Source: a virus | Strand: one strand, 5' to 3' | DNA length: 64,000 nt | Virus record (IMG/VR): IMGVR_UViG_3300042914_002215 | Part shown: positions 61,201 to 64,000 of the stretch, in pieces | How positions within the stretch are numbered: the first letter of the stretch is position 1 | Layout of the letters: the number at the start of each line of letters is the position of its first letter | Notes under the pieces: generated by a model | The model's database searches: none | The model's input: the letters and a program-made list of their open reading frames with translations, nothing else | Told to the model about the DNA's origin: nothing | Program-made: the position numbers and the translations under genes

Positions 61201-61395
61201 ATGGCTATATTTAATCCCGTTCATGTTTATGATGTTATTTGGGAAGATTCAGAAGGTAACAGAACGCAAAAAAGTTATTTTGTTGAAGGAACCAAAGGTA
61301 AAATTGAAATTGATGAAGAGTTAAAATTATTGTTTCCCGATGCTGTTGATTTTGCTTATATAAGATTAGCAGAATCAATTGAGCCATTAAAATAA
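61201..61395 (+). CDS. hypothetical protein
   Basis: AAGGA RBS favours ATG 61201. Confidence 0.65.
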   Translation: MAIFNPVHVYDVIWEDSEGNRTQKSYFVEGTKGKIEIDEELKLLFPDAVDFAYIRLAESIEPLK

Positions 61396-61405
61396 ATAAA
61401 CAATC

Positions 61406-62356
61406 ATGCCAATAAACACAAGACAACAATTCAAAGATTACTGCTTACGCCGACTTGGTTGGCCAGTAATTGAAATCAACGTTGATGATGATCAGGTAGA
61501 TGATCGTATCGATGATGCACTCAACTTCTGGCGTGATTATCATTATGACGGAACAGAAAAACTGTTCATGAAACATCAAATCACACAAGCAGATATTGAT
61601 CGTCAATGGATTTATTGTCCAGATGCAGTGCAGTTTGTTACAGGCATTTTTCCGTTTGATCAATCTAACGCATCAATCAATATGTTTGACTTGCGTTATC
61701 AGTTACGTCTACACGATCTCTATGACTTTACATCGGTATCATATGTGTCATACGAAATCACGATGCAGCATCTACGCACATTGAATTTGCTGTTCTCTGG
61801 TACGCCACAGTTTCGTTTCAATCGTCATCAAAACAAAGTGTTCTTAGACATTGATTGGACAAGAGATGTGCAACCAGGTGATTGGGTTGTTGTTGAATGT
61901 TATCGTACAATTCGTCCAGAAACAGTTACACTGACTGGTACGGTAACGGGTTCACCTTCATCAAATACAATTACAGGCTATGGTACGAAATTCGATCAAG
62001 AAATCGTACCGTATGATTTTATTACCATTGGTACAGAATCAAAACAAGTTGGTAACATTGAGTCTCCAACAAGTCTGACGCTGATTGGACCACCGACATT
62101 GACGCACAACAATTCGGCAATTCAAATTGAAGGCACGACTGATGTGTGGAATGATCGTTTTCTGAAGCAACTTGCAACTGCAAAAATCAAACAGCAGTGG
62201 GGCAACAATCTCAAAAAATTTGAGGGTATTCAAATGCCCGGTGGTGTCACACTGAATGGTCAAAAGATTTACGATGAAGCAACCGAAGAAATCAAAGATA
62301 TGGAAGAGCAGATTTACATGATGGGTTCACTGCCATCGGAAATCTTTACTGGCTAA
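61406..62356 (+). CDS. gp13: neck protein
   Basis: YCLRRLG.PVIEINVDDDQ, YHYDG, K.QWG.NL.KF.G.QMPGGVTLNG; AATAAATA at 61391. Confidence 0.95.
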   Translation: MPINTRQQFKDYCLRRLGWPVIEINVDDDQVDDRIDDALNFWRDYHYDGTEKLFMKHQITQADIDRQWIYCPDAVQFVTGIFPFDQSNASINMFDLRYQLRLHDLYDFTSVSYVSYEITMQHLRTLNLLFSGTPQFRFNRHQNKVFLDIDWTRDVQPGDWVVVECYRTIRPETVTLTGTVTGSPSSNTITGYGTKFDQEIVPYDFITIGTESKQVGNIESPTSLTLIGPPTLTHNNSAIQIEGTTDVWNDRFLKQLATAKIKQQWGNNLKKFEGIQMPGGVTLNGQKIYDEATEEIKDMEEQIYMMGSLPSEIFTG

Positions 62357-63258
62357 TGTCTACAAACTTTTACTTCAACAATTTTCCAAGCAGACTTGCT
62401 GATGCTCCGATTACACCGGAGCAATTGCTTGTTGAAAACCTTGTTATTGAAGCCTTACAAATCTACGGACTTGATGTCTATTATTTGCCACGCACAACAC
62501 GTGATCAAGTAGACTATCTGTTTGGCGAAGATGTGCTCAAAGAGTATCGTACCGCACATGCGATTGAAATGTATCTTGAAAACGTCACTGGTTTTGATGG
62601 TGAACAAGACTTTATATCTAAATTTGGTTTAGAGATTCGTGATGAAGTTACGATGCTTGTCTCAAGACTAAGATTCAAATATACAGTCAACGGTTATACA
62701 CGACCACGTGAAGGTGATTTGATTTACATACCAATGACTACCAGTTTCTTTGAAATTACCAGTGTAGAATCAGAGAATGATCAGGCAATGTTTTACACAT
62801 TAGGTCGTGGTCGTGGTGGTAATGTATACGTATTTGCGTTGAAGATGAAACAGTTTTATTTCTCTAACGAGATTATTGAAACTGGTATTGATGATATTGA
62901 TAACAATATTCGTAATTACTATTCTAAAGTTCGCATTTCATTAGGCTCAGGTTTTGGTAAGTTCTTGAATGATGAGATTGTGTATCAAGGTTCATCATTA
63001 GCTAACGCAACAGCGCAAGCACTTGTGTATGACTTTCAACCAAATGCATACATTGATGTTTATCGTATGCAAGGCGATTTTACTACATCATCAAACGTAC
63101 ACGGTAACACAAGTTCCGCACAGTGGACAGTAATACTTGCATCTGATGCACCAACACAAAACAATGCATTTGAAGATATCATTGACAATGCACGTATTGA
63201 AGCAGCAAGTGATAATATTATCGACTTTACGGAAGTCAATCCGTTTGGAGAACCGTAA
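62356..63258 (+). CDS. gp14: neck protein
   Basis: EQ.L.E.L..E..QIYG.DVYYLPR, SKFGLEIRDE, RPREGDLIY, DFTE.NPFGE. Confidence 0.95.
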   Translation: MSTNFYFNNFPSRLADAPITPEQLLVENLVIEALQIYGLDVYYLPRTTRDQVDYLFGEDVLKEYRTAHAIEMYLENVTGFDGEQDFISKFGLEIRDEVTMLVSRLRFKYTVNGYTRPREGDLIYIPMTTSFFEITSVESENDQAMFYTLGRGRGGNVYVFALKMKQFYFSNEIIETGIDDIDNNIRNYYSKVRISLGSGFGKFLNDEIVYQGSSLANATAQALVYDFQPNAYIDVYRMQGDFTTSSNVHGNTSSAQWTVILASDAPTQNNAFEDIIDNARIEAASDNIIDFTEVNPFGEP

Positions 63259-64000
63259 TGTTAGGTAATGCACAATTTTATCACCGCACCATTCGTAAGA
63301 TGGTCGTCGTGTTTGGCACGATGTTCAATGATTTGGAAATTGTTCGTTATACTCAAGCGGGTTTACCAAAAGAAAAACTTAAAGTACCGTTGTCATATGG
63401 ACCAAAAGAAAGATATCTGACACAGATTACATCTGACCCAAATCTTATCAAGTCAGTCAACTCTGTTATACCAAGAATGTCATTCAATCTTGACAGTCTT
63501 GAGTATGATATGAGTCGTAAACAAATTTCTACTCTACAGAACTTTGCATCAGCAACAAATACCGGTGTCGCAACACAGTTTCTTCCTGTGCCGTATAACT
63601 TTGAGTTTAGTCTGTCAATCTATGTACGTAACACAGAAGATGGCACACAGATATTAGAACAGATTCTACCGTTCTTCACTCCGGATTTCAGTGTAGTGGT
63701 AGATTTTATTCCTACGATGAAGCAAAAGTACACTGTTCCTATTATACTCAATTCTGTTGCATCTACAGTTGAGTATGAGGGTGGTATGTCTGATGGTACG
63801 ACAAGAATTATTGTATGGGACTTGACATTTACTGCAAAGAGTTTCATCTGGCCACCTGTCAAGTCGGGCAAACTTATCAATGCCGCAAACACAAATATCA
63901 ACATTGATCTTACATCCAAAGAACTACAGAAAGTATATGTTGACTTTGCAAACGGCTCAAGCGTATTTACAACTGGCGAAACAATTCGTGACACAGCAAA
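63258..64000 (+). CDS. gp15: tail sheath stabiliser/terminator, truncated by window end
   Basis: FYHRTIRK..VVFG..FN, KVPLSYGPKE, PRMSF, PVPYN, QILEQILPFFTP. Confidence 0.93.
   Translation, partial: MLGNAQFYHRTIRKMVVVFGTMFNDLEIVRYTQAGLPKEKLKVPLSYGPKERYLTQITSDPNLIKSVNSVIPRMSFNLDSLEYDMSRKQISTLQNFASATNTGVATQFLPVPYNFEFSLSIYVRNTEDGTQILEQILPFFTPDFSVVVDFIPTMKQKYTVPIILNSVASTVEYEGGMSDGTTRIIVWDLTFTAKSFIWPPVKSGKLINAANTNINIDLTSKELQKVYVDFANGSSVFTTGETIRDTA

Noticed and set aside
1-64000. Stop-codon reassignment
   Set aside because: Conserved genes are full length and tightly packed in the standard code

Overview
A 64-kb segment of a large T4-like (Tevenvirinae-related, environmental type) myophage genome, AT-rich and read in the standard code. 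1-8.2 kb: small accessory genes, a DenV-like glycosylase, an exonuclease, a circularly permuted two-piece tmRNA gene (tag ANDDYYALAA), a SleB-type cell-wall hydrolase and the gp33-gp59-HAD-gp32 block. 8.3-13.0 kb (minus strand): gp4, gp2, a gp54/tube-like gene, gp26, a small gp51-like ORF and a tape-measure-like protein carrying a lysozyme domain. gp26 and the gp51-like ORF appear joined by a lambda G/GT-style -1 frameshift at T TTT TTC. 13.0-31.7 kb: baseplate genes gp48, 53, hub, gp5, PAAR, 25, 6, 7, 8 and a 2029-aa DUF4815-like protein. 31.9-61.4 kb, where T4 has gp9-12/wac: about 30 kb of recurring fibre modules. These comprise short stalk proteins with conserved C-terminal hydrophobic peptides, ~110-aa adaptors, seven glycine-rich tip proteins, small cap/chaperone-like proteins and a 2053-aa AN-heptad fibre, suggesting a plug-and-socket branched receptor-binding apparatus. 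The window ends with neck genes gp13, gp14 and partial gp15. All family assignments come from motif recognition by eye; no searches were run.
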